Source: Craspedostauros australis (taxonomy: Eukaryota). Taken from it: 63,563 bases of DNA. The notes beneath the pieces are model-generated. The model saw only the letters and a program-made list of their open reading frames with translations, made no database searches and was not told the DNA's origin. The stretch lies in assembly GCA_030167865.1 (NCBI GenBank), contig JALAGF010001691.1:1-63563 (forward strand). The letters are read 5' to 3'. Made by a program: the position numbers and the translations under genes. Of this stretch, positions 48,314 through 60,406 are shown piece after piece. How positions within the stretch are numbered: the first letter of the stretch is position 1; each line of letters starts with the position of its first letter.

Positions 48314-49659
48314 ATGGTGAGTGCAGGCATTGCCCGCCAAAAAAGGGTTGGCGTTGAGAATTCAAATTGGCGCGCAGAGGGAACAAAGACCGACGATGAG
48401 TGCTGATCAGTGGGTAGCGCAACTCATGCAGCCCATGCAGCGTACGATGCTTCTATTGTAGTGCTCTGAGTTCAGTCGTCGCCTTTGGTGCGATGAAGCT
48501 TTGGCTTCAACATTGGGCATTGCGCATGGAGCATGGAACATGGAACATGGAGCATCAACTTTGATCTTCGCTCTTGCAACACCATGGCCCACGGACACGT
48601 ATTATACCAAATAGAGTTAGAGTACTCACAGTCACCATTACGCGCCTCCATCTTTTGTTCTCAATCGCGTTGCGACTGTTGTCACGAACATACGATGACC
48701 GGCCATGCTACCAAACCTAAACCATGATACTGTACCATGATACTGTACCATGATGCTACGCCGTGATACTACACCATACTCGTACTGACGTGCAACGACC
48801 TGTGCTGGACTTCACTTCTTTGGATGCGACTGGATCAATTCGTATGGTGTGACATATACCACTCCAAACACCATGACGACAAACTGATGCGGTGTACAAC
48901 GTGACTGCTCGACTGCTCGACTGCTCAACTACTCGACTACTCATGCAACAGAACGACATTGAATACTGGGATGACATGCTCACGGAGCAAATTGCTGAAA
49001 TTCAGCAAGGTCTGGATAGAATCCCGTCCATCTCCGATCCAGTGGAAGTGGCGGCGGCGCTGGATGAGGTGGAGGACAGCATTAAGTCAGCGCAGGGCAC
49101 CAAGCGGTCGTTCAAGATGGAAACACGTCTCGTGCAGGATGTGCAACAGCGGAGACAGCTTGAGGGGCGGCTGCAGAACTTGGATCAGCAGCTGCGCACG
49201 CTGAAGGCTGATTTGGTGGCCCTGAAGGCTGACCAGGAACGCGGCCAGCTGTTTGTAAGCGCCGGTGGAAATGGTGACGTTGAGGAAGGTCAGGACGCGA
49301 CACGGGCCGGCAACAACATGCTCGGCGAAGCGTCAAGACTGCAGGACAAGACGCAGGATTCGTTGGCCAACACCAGGAACATGATCGCGGCGTCCAAGGA
49401 GGTCGGAGTCTCGACGTTGGAAGAGCTGCAACGACAGCGCGAGGTCATTGAGAACATCGACAGGGAGGCAGACAGAATGGATGACAACCTCGCGAGAGCG
49501 GAGGCGCTGATCAAGACATTCGGAAAGCGCATGGCGACGGACTCCTTCATCCAGTGCATGGCTTTGCTCAATTGTCTGCTGCTGCTGGGTGTTGCTTTGT
49601 ACGCTATCCTTCGCAACGGGTCTCTCCAAACCAATGACTCGACTCCTCCAGAACCATAA
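48314..49659 (+). CDS. Qb-type SNARE (VTI1/NPSN-like); probable exons 48314..48316 (ATG only) and 48952..49659
   Basis: N-terminal helical bundle, SNARE motif SLANTRNMIAASKEVGVSTLEELQRQRE...FGKRMATD, and a C-terminal TM (IQCMALLNCLLLLGVALYAIL). An unspliced start at ATG 48943 is an alternative. Confidence 0.85.
48721..48942. repeat. Short tandem repeats (CCATGATACTGTA about 2.5x; GACTGCTC/GACTACTC about 5x) in the putative SNARE intron
   Basis: Visible at about 48722-48755 and about 48903-48942. Confidence 0.75.
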
Positions 49660-50406
49660 TGCATGTGCACATCCAGTCGCATTACGTTTTACTGCGGAGA
49701 CAATCGGGCACACAAACAATCAAAGAAGCAAACAGAGGCAGGGCGAGAAGGCTGCCCATTCTACACAATAATGCAAGCGAGCAACGGAAGCTCTTGGCAC
49801 TCCATCGCGCTGGATGATGGCCAGTTCTACTATCAATCTCAACAGACAGCAAGAACACACAGACGCGTCTATGGCCTCCCAAATTCGACTGTGAGTCCTA
49901 ATACCGTACTCTTACATACATCAATGTACTCCACTCTGCTCCTACCATCATGATACTTGTGCCATGCACTTGGATGCGACGCCTCTGCCTGCGCGAATGG
50001 CGTTCGCCTCGTTGTCCCTGCGTCTCGACACCTTCTCGTGCCTTTTAATTGCAAGTGTGAGCTCTTCGGTCATGAATCTATCCTGATGAAGCAGAGGCAA
50101 ATAGAAATGCATCAGGCATCACATCCATTGAATGAATGGTTGATTGATTGAGATGCGGAGACCAAGACGACAACTCCGCTCTCTATCAGACGCATCTTGC
50201 ACCGGTCAGCAGGCATCACATACATTCCCCATGCAACACTCTACTCCACTCCACCACAACTTGTGAGCATCGTGTTCCTAAATGTTTGTGTCATCACGCG
50301 AAAATAGTATTATTTTATTGAATATAATAGTATATGGTGCGCCATGGTATGCTGGTTGAAGTATGTACTGGTTTGATGGGTGCCTCATTGTTTGTTGCTT
50401 CCTTGC

Positions 50407-52662
50407 CTAGGCAACCTTCTTGACCTCATCATCGTCTTCGTATGCCTCGAGAGGTGGGCACGTGCAGACGAGGTTGCGGTCGCCGTACACGTTGTCGACA
50501 CGGCCGCAAGTTGGCCAGAACTTGTTCGCTCTGATCCATGGCGCCGGGTAGCACGCGACCTCCTTCGAGTACCCTCTGTCCCAGGTCTCCGACACCAGGT
50601 CTTCCATCGTGTGGGGGGCATGGTGCAGTGGCGAGTCCTCGTATTCGACACGGCCGCTGCCGACATCGTCGATCTCCTTGCGGATGGCAAGCATGGCGTC
50701 GCAGAAACGGTTCAGCTCCTCCAGATCCTCAGATTCGGTTGGCTCCACCATCAGCGTTCCGGCCACTGGCCACGACATGGTGGGTGAGTGGAATCCAAAG
50801 TCCTGCAGGCGCTTGGCCACGTCCTCCTCCGTCACGCCGGTGGATGCCTTGAGCGGCCGCAGATCGAGGATGAACTCGTGTGCGCACTGCCCGTTGGTGC
50901 CGACGAACAAGACATCGTAGGCACCGTTCAGTCTGGCTGCCATGTAGTTGGCGTTCAAAATTGCCTGACCGGTGGCCCACTTCAAACCTGGCTCGCCAAG
51001 CATCTTGATGTACATCCACGAGATTGGAAGGATTGCAGCGGATCCGAATGGAGCACCGGCGACGGCGCCGCTTGTCTTTGGCATGCAGACATCGTTTCCG
51101 CACAGCTTGCCGGATGCTTCCGGATCGGCAACGTGGCCAGGCAGATGTGGAGCAAGGTGCTCGGCAACACCAATGGATCCAACACCTGGACCACCACCTC
51201 CGTGTGGGATGCTGCACAAAGATAAAGACAAAGCAACGGTGTCGCCGTGTGTGTGCGTGGTTTGTTAAAGGTGTAGATTTGCAGTGTGAGAGATGGATGA
51301 AAAGGCGACGGGAGTGTTGGAGTGTGAGCATGCGTGCATGTGGTGCAGGGGAATACACGAGTAGCACGGCAAGTGTATGGCGCAGTATCGATTGATAGCA
51401 CCGTGCACACCAGTATTCATCGAAATCACACAATCACAGATCGCGTAACCGCAACATAGGTGACACAGAGTGCGTAGTGATGCAATATCATGCAATCGCA
51501 AGCACAACTTTGAACGTACCAGAATGTCTTGTGCAGATTCAAGTGACAGACATCGGCACCGATGAGGCCTGGGCTGGTGAGGCCAACCTGAGCGTTCATG
51601 TTAGCTCCGTCCATGTACACCTGTCCGCCGGCGTTGTGCACAGCGTCCATGATCTCGACGATGCCTTCCTCGAACACGCCGAATGTAGATGGGTAGGTGA
51701 CCATGAATGCAGCGAGGTTGGATTCGTGCTTGGCAATCTTGGCATTGAGGTCATCGATGTCGATGTTTCCCTTGTCGTCGTTGTCGACAACGACCACCTT
51801 CATGCCTGCCATAACGGCGCTGGCTGGATTGGTGCCGTGGGCGCTCTTTGGGATGAGGCAGATATTACGGTGCCCCTCGCCCTTTGAGGTGAGGTAGCCC
51901 TTGATGGCCATGAGTCCAGCGTATTCGCCTGTGGCACCGGAGTTGGGTTGCGCGCTGACCGCGGCAAAGCCGGTGATCTCTGCAAGGTCCTTGTTCAGAT
52001 CTTCGATGAGCTCGTGGTATCCCGTGACCTGATCATGTGGTGCGAAAGGGTGAATGTCGCAAAGCTCAGGCCACGTGACTGGAATCATCTCGCTGGTGGC
52101 ATTGAGCTTCATTGTGCACGATCCAAGCGAGATCATGGAGTGGTTCAAAGACAGATCCTTGTTCTCCAACGTTTTCAGGTACCGCAGCATCTGGGTCTCT
52201 GAATGGTGCTGGCGGAAGATGGGGTGGGTGAGGATCTCGCCTTCGCGGGCGAACTTGGACTCGATCTCAGTCAACGAAATATCGGCGGACACATCTGGCG
52301 ACTCGATCTTGAATGCTCCCGAAAGCAGCGCGGAAATATCATCGCGGGTGATGCCCTCTCCCATGGAGATACCGACGGTGTTCTCGCCGAGGATGCGGAC
52401 GTTGGCGCCGACGGAGACGGCACCGGCCTGCACTTGGGCGGCTGTCATTCCCTTGGAGGAAACATCAACGGTGAAGGTATCGAAGTACTCGGTCTCGTTG
52501 ATCTTGAAACCAGCCTTGGTGATCTCGCGATTGGCGACACGGGCCAGGGCGTGGATGCGTCCGGCGATGTCCTTGAGGCCTTCCGGTCCGTGGTAGATGG
52601 CGTACGATGCCGCCATGTTGGCCAGCAAAGCCTGCGCAGTGCAGATGTTGGAGGTGGCCTTG

Positions 52663-52693
<31 letters not shown>

Positions 52694-54470
52694 TGGCCAT
52701 GCGGAGGCATGGCTTACCCGCCGAATCGACCGTGACACCGATGATGCGTCCTGGCATCTTGCGCGAATAGCGATCGGAGGTGGCGAGGAATCCAGCATGC
52801 GGTCCACCGAAGCCCATGGGCACGCCGAATCGCTGGGCGGATCCGACGGCGATATCCGCGCCCCAGGTGGAGGGAGCAGCGAGCTTGGTCAGGGCCATGA
52901 GGTCGGTGGCGGCGATGACCATGGCGTCGGCCTCGTGCGCGCGGGCCGTGAAGGACTCGTAGGTCTCTCCGGAGGATTCCAAGGCGCCGTAGGTGTTGGG
53001 GTACTGCAGGATGGCTCCGCAGAAGTCCTTGGCGGAGAAGTCCGCCTTGGAGTGATCACCGATGAGCACCTCGATGCCGATGGCGGCGGCACGTGTTTGG
53101 ATGAGACCGATGGTCTGCGGATGGACGTCCTGGGAGACGAAGAACTTGTTCTTCTTACCCTTCTTGCCCTTGAGCGCGAATGCCATCTGCATGGCCTCGG
53201 CGGCTGCGGAGGATTCGTCCAGCAGGGATGCCACGGCCATGGGGAGGCCGGTGAGGTCCACAACGAGGGTTTGGAAGTTGAGGAGCATCTCAAGACGTCC
53301 CTGGGAGATCTCGGCCTGGTACGGGGTGTAGGCGGTGTACCATCCTGGATTCTCCAGCACATTGCGCAGGATGACGCCTGGCACAGTGGTGTCGTAGTAG
53401 CCCTGTCCGATGTAGGACTTCATGACCTGATTCTTGTTGGCCATGCCCTTGATGCGTGTGAGAGCCTCAGTTTCTGACATGGCTGGCTCAAGGTTCAGCG
53501 GCTTCTCAGCAAGGATGCTGGCTGGCACTGTGGACTCCACGAGCTCATCGAACGTGTTGAAACCGATGGTCTTCAGCATCTGCGTGGTTTCTTCCATTCG
53601 CGGTCCCACTGTGGTCGTTTGTTTTTGTTTTTGTTTTTGCAGAGCACAGCACAGCATGGTAGTGCAGTGCAATGGGCCATCCATTTGTGATGTTTCAACG
53701 AATTGGTTGAAATGAGTTGAGTTGAGTTGGATTGATTTGCGTTGCGTTGCAATGTGTAGAGAATCATCAGTACAGCGCGGAACGACGCATGTCGGTTCCA
53801 CCATCGTGACGATGAACACAAATGTTTCGATTTATGTGATGGAATTGCGTTCCATTTGTTTTGATTTGATACGTTTCCATTTCACAGTTGCAATGGTGTG
53901 GTAGTATCGTATCGCATTGCAGCGGTGAATACGACAACAAAGAGGTGCGGCATGAGAAGAACGAACGTGAATAGAGTGCGAGGACATAAATTCTGTGTGA
54001 GATGACTGCAATCGTTGGGTGGTGCGAAGAGCATGTACCGACAAGACAGGACCAGCCGAAACGGCGACTTCGAAGTGCACATTGGTGGATGAAGCAAGGT
54101 GCATGTTCCGTCGGAGGAGGAACAGTAAGTGCCTTCGCCTCTCGTGCATGCATGCCATGCATCCATGAGTGCCATGCAGGGTCAACTTGACGCACCGACT
54201 TTCCACAATATGACGTCATGATTCAGCCTCAAATCCGATCATCTGCCTCTCTCTCTTTTGCACGAGATGCCATGAAGATCACGGCAATCCTTCACCAATT
54301 GATGATGATCATCGACGAAGATGGAACTCACTGTGGCGACGGTCGAAAGTGTCGACCAGATCCAAGGCATCGCTGCCGAGCTTGGCGCTGGCATGGTAGC
54401 TGCGTGCATTCTTGAGGGTCTGGATCTTGGAGCGCAAGATCCTTTGGAGGACGGGGTTTCGTCGCATCAT
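50407..54470 (-). CDS. GDCP: Glycine decarboxylase P protein, mitochondrial (about 1010 aa); exons 54470..54332, 53608..51520, 51211..50407
   Basis: Exon 1 is absent from the ORF track: [15 protein letters not shown]...DTFDRRH, an Arg-rich transit peptide, spliced to MGP. Motifs [39 protein letters not shown]-lysine [18 protein letters not shown], and C-terminal [18 protein letters not shown]. Confidence 0.97.
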
Positions 54471-55287
54471 GGTTCTACAAGTATTGGATGCGATTGCTCT
54501 GTTTATGATACCCTAAGTATGAAGCCGCTGCCGCTGCGTCGTCCTGTTGTTGATGATGTTGTGCAATGTGTCTTCCTTTCTGTTTGCTATTGCAATTGTG
54601 GTTGTGATGAAAGATCTTGTCTTCTTGTTCGTTGTGTTGCGTTGCGTTCCGTCGTCGGAGTTGTGGGAACGACGCTGACGCTGCATTCTTCGCGCAGATC
54701 TGGGATCGTCACGAAACTCACGCGGCTCGTACCGTGTTGGGCCGTGTTTGACGTGTACTTCAACCATCGTGACGTACCAGGTGTCGTCATCGTGACGTCA
54801 TTTATGGCAACAAAGAAGGCAGAGTCATTTCGATCTTCAACACGTCATCACAACTTGGAACGTTCACGCATGTCCTTTCAGACATTCGGGAGACATGAAT
54901 CATCCAATCATCAACCTTTCTGATCGGCACGTTTCCCGCCAAAATTGACAAAAACACGAACAACAATGAAGAAGAAAAGTGAAACTTCGCGTCAGAACAC
55001 AGTCGAACGTCCACGCTGTGGTAGTCGTAGTACCACAACCAATGATGACGTTGACCTCTTCATGGTCGTGTTGATGGTTTGTGGTGTCGATGTTCCGGTT
55101 GGTGTTGGAGATGGCATCGATGTGAACGCAAGGAAGCACAACTATGGCGTTGTGAATCGATCATCAAGAGACACGAGACGAGCAAAGACCTGAAACCACC
55201 ACAGCATCATCTCATTCCGTAGAGACAGCAAGAGAGAAGAAGATAGAACAGGGAACATTCCAAGAATAGCAGAGTACTTGTACAGAG

Positions 55288-55728
55288 ATGTCGCCCAACA
55301 ACAACAACAACAACAATAGCATCAACGGCAGAGCGCAGGAATTCCGACCAGATTCCACTGCGGACATTGACAACCGGGACAGCGAGGCTTGGATGTACAG
55401 CTTCGGAGCCGCCATGATCCCTTTCACGGCCTTCTGCTACGGCCATTCGTTGGGCATGACAGCGCGCGTCGTCGAAGGCGTGGCGCGATCGCCCGTGGGT
55501 GTCTACGGACTTTTGGCGCTTCCCTTCTGCACGTTGGCCATGGAGAAGTCCATCTACGATACCGTGCAGGCGTGGCAAGGCATCAATCCCAACGTGCGAC
55601 CGAAGGACCGAGGCGGCTTTCCCAGCGGCGGTGCCAACCTCCCGTCCTTCAGTCTCATTCCCATTCAGAACAGACATCGCGAGTTGGTCAAGCGCTTCAC
55701 ATCGCAGACTGGTTCGACGACGAGTTGA
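55288..55728 (+). CDS. Small hypothetical membrane protein (146 aa)
   Basis: ATG-started ORF with coding-like codon usage and two hydrophobic segments (FGAAMIPFTAFCYG; VGVYGLLALPFCTLAM). Divergent from GDCP. Confidence 0.7.
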   Translation: MSPNNNNNNNSINGRAQEFRPDSTADIDNRDSEAWMYSFGAAMIPFTAFCYGHSLGMTARVVEGVARSPVGVYGLLALPFCTLAMEKSIYDTVQAWQGINPNVRPKDRGGFPSGGANLPSFSLIPIQNRHRELVKRFTSQTGSTTS

Positions 55729-56181
55729 GTTGGGCTGAGCTGAGTTGGTGGATGATTGATCGAGGAGTACACGACAGCACACATCGAATGATGTCTGGTT
55801 ACCTACACACGAGGCCTTGATATGGCACTGGCATTGGCTCTTGCGCATTCAATGGATGCAGCGCAAGTAACAAGCAGAGGCAGAAGAAAATCAAAGGAGT
55901 TGGGAGCGATGGCGACGACGACGCAGATGCGGAAAGGTGCATGACGTTGCTCCCCCCAATTTGTGGCTGAGAACGGCAAAGAGCATCAGTAGAGTTGAGT
56001 ATTCTATGAGTTTGCAACGAAGGTTTCCTCCATACCGACAGCAGCAATGATGACAGAAACAACGGATACTCGTGAACATACTTGCACGGCAGCAACAATG
56101 ATTGGGACGATCCTTTATCAGACACGTACATACGATAGAGTCAATACTACTACTTCTCTCTCTCTCTCCATGGAGAGTAGT

Positions 56182-58380
56182 TTAGTCGTCGTCTATTGTG
56201 ATAGAGAATGATGGCTGCCTCGCCAGAATGTCATCCAATGTCTCAAACATCGCATTTCTAGAACTACTGTTCGCTTGCATAGAACCCACGACCTCCAACA
56301 CATCTTTGGCTCGGTTCTTACCATTCGGAAGCTCGCAGATTCTCAATGTTATGGAAGCTGCATGCAGGATCATGTTGTGCAACGCTTTTCCCTCGTTCGT
56401 CGTCGTCATCTGCGATCGCGACTGTGTGCGCTTTATCTCCGCGCCTGTCGTTAGCAACGTCAGCATGAGTTTTCTGCCGTGATAGGGCATGGCGGGATAG
56501 GCGCCCACGAAGAGATTGATCAGCGCGATGGTTGCGGCGAGCCGGGTGGAGACATCCATGCAGTTGCCTTTCACCAACGGCAGCAGCGTCGTCAGACCGA
56601 CTCCACCCAGTTCCATGGCGTCCGCGGTGGATGAGAGTTGTCCATGTTGATGCAGCAACGGAATGATGCCGCCAATGAGCAGCTCCTTCAGCTTCGTTTT
56701 GGATGACGTATACTCCAGCGATAGGAACCATGCATGTGTCATTTGGCGCCGTCGTTGTTTCCACTTCTGTTGCTGCCGCGCATCGCAATGTCGCATTACA
56801 AGGAAGAGTTCGCAGAGGGTGCGCCCCAGCAACGCTTTGACTGAGGCATCGTCTGCAACTTTAGCCGCCCTGTCGAGCACGCTGAAACATGTATCTGCAA
56901 ATTCGAGCCAACCATTGAGCGCGGAAGGCCGCATGCACTGCAATATCCGCAGGATGCCGCAGGTTCCCAACGCGATATGAGTTGCTGCTGTGGAGTCGAC
57001 CAGCTGGTAGAACACCGGCAGCAACGATTCCAAGATGCGCTTTAGCGAATCGTTGTCGTTGGGAGTGTCATACGCGTAGAGAGACATGGACATGCATCGG
57101 ATGTACGTTGCGACGACATGCACACGCGATGGGATGGTTTTGCAGGGCTTGTCATCGATGATGCTGCGTTGCGGTCTCGTGACTGTGCGGCCCAAGATCA
57201 TGCGCGTTTCCTGTGTAGCTGCTGCTTCCTGGATCATGGACATGTCGCGTCCAAAGAAATGGGCCCGAATTGCTTGCGCCAGCTGGACGGCATCGAACTT
57301 GGATATGATCTGCTGCATTGCTTCTTGATTTTTGTTGGGCTGCTCCAGAGGCGAGTTTTGCTGGGACTTGCCAATATCATGTTGTTGGTCGTCTGCTTCA
57401 AGTTGCATCATGACGTCGATTTGGGATAGCAGGTCTCGCATGATCAGTTGGGAGCTTCCGGTCTCCGCATCATTGCAACTTTGGCTTGAATCGAGCTTCA
57501 GATGATCCCAACTTAACGAGCTCAACTTCGAACATGATCCGATGACATCATTGAGCATGGCCGTATCAGCTGCATCAGCTTCTGGGCGCACGCCATCGTC
57601 CATGTGTGGTGGGCACAGACACATGGATGCCATTGATTTCTTCCGGCCGACATGAAAATCGAGATGTTCGTCGGTGAGGATGGATGCTGGAGTTGGACTG
57701 TCATTCACACCGAAAGCCATCAACGAAATGAAGCATCGCTGGATGGCTTGTTTTGGCAACTGATCCGGGCCATCGCCGGACGCGAATCGAAGCGCGCGTT
57801 GGAGGAGCCGCAACAAAGCAGGGATGACCACGTCCGATGCCATGTTGACGTTGTTGTACACCATGGATCTGCGTCGTCCAGAAGCAGTCGTGATGTCTGT
57901 CGCCAAGACGTTGAGAAGTGTTGACATTGCTGTTTGTGTTGCTGCTGATGCCGACATTGATGACTCGTTGGAAAGCACCCAATGACGCAGAAGCAGTTCG
58001 AAATGCACGAGCACGGCAACACCGCAGAGTCCTGTTTGGACGAGATCCACGGTTTCGCCATCATCGGCAGAGCTGTGATCGCTGGAGGGTAGTGTCGTTG
58101 GTTGATCGAACGTCAGCACGGGACGCACGTGAGTGATGTATCCCTGCATCCAATCCGCCATGCGCTGTGCGTGTCCTTGCTGCTTCTCGTTGAGGTTGGA
58201 AAGCCAGTGATGCAGCATTGATGGCAATGCCCCATCATCATGTGCAGTGGCACGGGGCGTGGCACGGGACGTGGAAGCATCATTGAGATGGATGGGCTGA
58301 TTGTAATGATCCACCAGCTGCTGGAGGATGGAGCTGGTGTCCATCGATCCTGCGCCATCATCTTCGACGATCTCGATCAT
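56182..58380 (-). CDS. Helical-repeat (ARM/HEAT-like) protein, possibly Tti2-like
   Basis: ORF of about 730 aa from ATG 58380. The Leu-rich helical C-terminal half (LLPVFYQLVDS..IALGTCGILRIL; AYPAMPYHGRKLMLTLL) is reminiscent of Tti2. The CDS is solid; the family call is weak. Confidence 0.6.
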   Translation of the reverse strand: MIEIVEDDGAGSMDTSSILQQLVDHYNQPIHLNDASTSRATPRATAHDDGALPSMLHHWLSNLNEKQQGHAQRMADWMQGYITHVRPVLTFDQPTTLPSSDHSSADDGETVDLVQTGLCGVAVLVHFELLLRHWVLSNESSMSASAATQTAMSTLLNVLATDITTASGRRRSMVYNNVNMASDVVIPALLRLLQRALRFASGDGPDQLPKQAIQRCFISLMAFGVNDSPTPASILTDEHLDFHVGRKKSMASMCLCPPHMDDGVRPEADAADTAMLNDVIGSCSKLSSLSWDHLKLDSSQSCNDAETGSSQLIMRDLLSQIDVMMQLEADDQQHDIGKSQQNSPLEQPNKNQEAMQQIISKFDAVQLAQAIRAHFFGRDMSMIQEAAATQETRMILGRTVTRPQRSIIDDKPCKTIPSRVHVVATYIRCMSMSLYAYDTPNDNDSLKRILESLLPVFYQLVDSTAATHIALGTCGILRILQCMRPSALNGWLEFADTCFSVLDRAAKVADDASVKALLGRTLCELFLVMRHCDARQQQKWKQRRRQMTHAWFLSLEYTSSKTKLKELLIGGIIPLLHQHGQLSSTADAMELGGVGLTTLLPLVKGNCMDVSTRLAATIALINLFVGAYPAMPYHGRKLMLTLLTTGAEIKRTQSRSQMTTTNEGKALHNMILHAASITLRICELPNGKNRAKDVLEVVGSMQANSSSRNAMFETLDDILARQPSFSITIDDD

Positions 58381-58472
58381 CTCCAAGCGGTCTTGTGCGC
58401 ACGATGGACGTAGAATGTAATGTAATGGCTCCGAATAGGGAATAGCGATGACGATAGCGAAGGTGGCATCGC

Positions 58473-58499
58473 TGTTGTTGTTGTTGTTGTTGTTGTTGT
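58473..58499. repeat. (TTG)n microsatellite
   Basis: Directly visible; reads as poly-Asn in the ORF track upstream of the likely ATG. Confidence 0.9.
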
Positions 58500-58783
58500 G
58501 GGAGTAGCAGTGGTTCACACAAGTCTGGGTGTTGTTTGTGATCTGTGTGGACGAAAGATTTCGGTTCCGAATCTGTCCACAAACATCCTCCACCAGCAGC
58601 AGTCTACATGTGTGAATGTAGACCAACATCAAAGCGCAACAACATGTGGAATAGTACATCTCATCTCATCGATTCAACGTGAATCCTATTCTATTACTCG
58701 TAGAGTATTTGTTGCCTCACTCCCTGCAGCCTCCATGTATGTATCTGTGACAATACACCACCACAGCGTATCGCCACAGTGCA

Positions 58784-60406
58784 TCACCACTCCGCAACGA
58801 TGTTGGCATCGGCATCGCCCCAGATCTTGGCAATCATACGACCCACGCTGCTGTAGGTGCGCGCCTTCTCTGCCAGCATCTCCCACCGATCGTCGACGCA
58901 GTTGGATTGATCGCCGACGTAGGACTGCACGAGCAGGACGGATTGTATGTGGCGCGCCTTGTAGCGCTTGACGCTGTCGAGGACGAGGCTCTCGACGCCG
59001 CGGATCTTGTGATCGCAGAGACGCTGCGCTATGCCCGATAGAAAGAGGGGGTCGTCGATGTGCTCGTCGCCTGTGCCGCGCAGGCAGGTGTCGTACAAGA
59101 TGCGCAGGTCGTCCATGTAGGCGCCGTCGTGGCAGTGGTCATCCGCGTCGCGCAGGACGTTGGCGTAGATGCGATCGAACTCGCTTGACGTCCACCACAG
59201 ATCGCGCTTTTGGTGTTCCAGGAGCTGGTAGGGAGATTCGTTGTCGCATTCCTCCACCAGGATGAAGCCGTCGTCATCGGAGGCGAAGCGGAGCTGTTTG
59301 CGCGGTTTTGCGTCCTGCCCCGCGCGGGTGTCCAGCGGTTTGTTGGACTTGTCCATCTCGTCGCTGCTTTGCGTGAGATCCACCGTCATGTCATCGTCGG
59401 TGCAGGTCCATCGGAAGTCGTCGTACGATGACACAGATTTGTGATCATCGTTGTGATCATCGTCGCGGCCATCCTGTTCGCGAAGTTGCTGGTATTCCAC
59501 TTGCTCTTCCAGTTGCAGTTCTAGTTCTAGCTCCAGTTCGTGTTCCTCCTGCTCATGCTGCTGAGTCTTGCGCTTGACCTTCTTCCGACGCTTCCTGTCC
59601 TTCTTTGCCTTCTTCGTTTTGCGAGGCTTGGTGCTGCCGCTGGTGCTGCCGGTTGATGTAGTAGCAGCACAAGCCGACTTCGAGGACTTTGGAACTTTGC
59701 GCGTCTTTCGCTTGGTTGCTTTCGTCGACCTGTTGCGTTTCTTAGCGGAGTCTGGTGATGAAACAGAGGATGATGAAGGTGGGATGGTTTGCGTTGTGCT
59801 GGCCGTCATTGCCGACATCTCCGAGGTCTCCGTCGTTGCCGTGGATGATGACTTGGCCGACAGCAAGGATGAGTTGGACTTTGGCTTTATTTCTGGCGTC
59901 TTGCTTTGTGCCTTGCTTTGTGCCTTGCTTTGTGCCTTGCATGTTGCGTTCGAGTCTGCCTTGGATTCTGGCTTCCGAGAAGTCTTGCGGTGCCTCTTCT
60001 TTGATTCCTTTCCGGTCTTGTCGGTCTTACTAGTCTTTCTGGCCACGCTGTGCTTCGATGCGTCCATGTCGGTGCTGGCCTTTCCACTGGATTTACCACT
60101 AGATTTGCTGCTAGATTTGACGCCCTTGACCGTCCTCCTGACCTTCTTCGACTTCTTGGCCTTCGCCAGACGGATGCTGCACTTCATGTTGTTCATCGAA
60201 TCGGGGATCCCACCATCTTCGGCAACACCGTCAACGTTGTCAGCGATCTCGATCATCTCGCTGACCCTATCGTTGTCGTGCGTGCTGCTGTTCAGATGCT
60301 GTGTCTCCTTCGAAGAAGCACGTGCACGTGCTGGCGTCGTCGTCGCCGAAGATGAAGCATGCTTGCCCCGCATGCCCTTCATCATGCGCTTCATCATGTT
60401 CACCAT
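58784..60406 (-). CDS. Diatom-type family protein with a Lys/Ser-rich low-complexity N-terminus
   Basis: 540-aa ORF. C-terminal domain KQLRFAS..DLWWTSSEF..IRGVES..HIQSVLLVQ..MIAKIWGDADA is shared with 62189..63136. Confidence 0.8.
   Translation of the reverse strand: MVNMMKRMMKGMRGKHASSSATTTPARARASSKETQHLNSSTHDNDRVSEMIEIADNVDGVAEDGGIPDSMNNMKCSIRLAKAKKSKKVRRTVKGVKSSSKSSGKSSGKASTDMDASKHSVARKTSKTDKTGKESKKRHRKTSRKPESKADSNATCKAQSKAQSKAQSKTPEIKPKSNSSLLSAKSSSTATTETSEMSAMTASTTQTIPPSSSSVSSPDSAKKRNRSTKATKRKTRKVPKSSKSACAATTSTGSTSGSTKPRKTKKAKKDRKRRKKVKRKTQQHEQEEHELELELELQLEEQVEYQQLREQDGRDDDHNDDHKSVSSYDDFRWTCTDDDMTVDLTQSSDEMDKSNKPLDTRAGQDAKPRKQLRFASDDDGFILVEECDNESPYQLLEHQKRDLWWTSSEFDRIYANVLRDADDHCHDGAYMDDLRILYDTCLRGTGDEHIDDPLFLSGIAQRLCDHKIRGVESLVLDSVKRYKARHIQSVLLVQSYVGDQSNCVDDRWEMLAEKARTYSSVGRMIAKIWGDADANIVAEW
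59901..59940. repeat. 12-bp coding tandem repeat (TTGCTTTGTGCC x3; encodes AQSK)
   Basis: Directly visible inside the 58784..60406 CDS. Confidence 0.85.

Noticed and set aside
52203-53477. 424-aa ORF antisense to GDCP
   Set aside because: Antisense shadow caused by strong codon bias.
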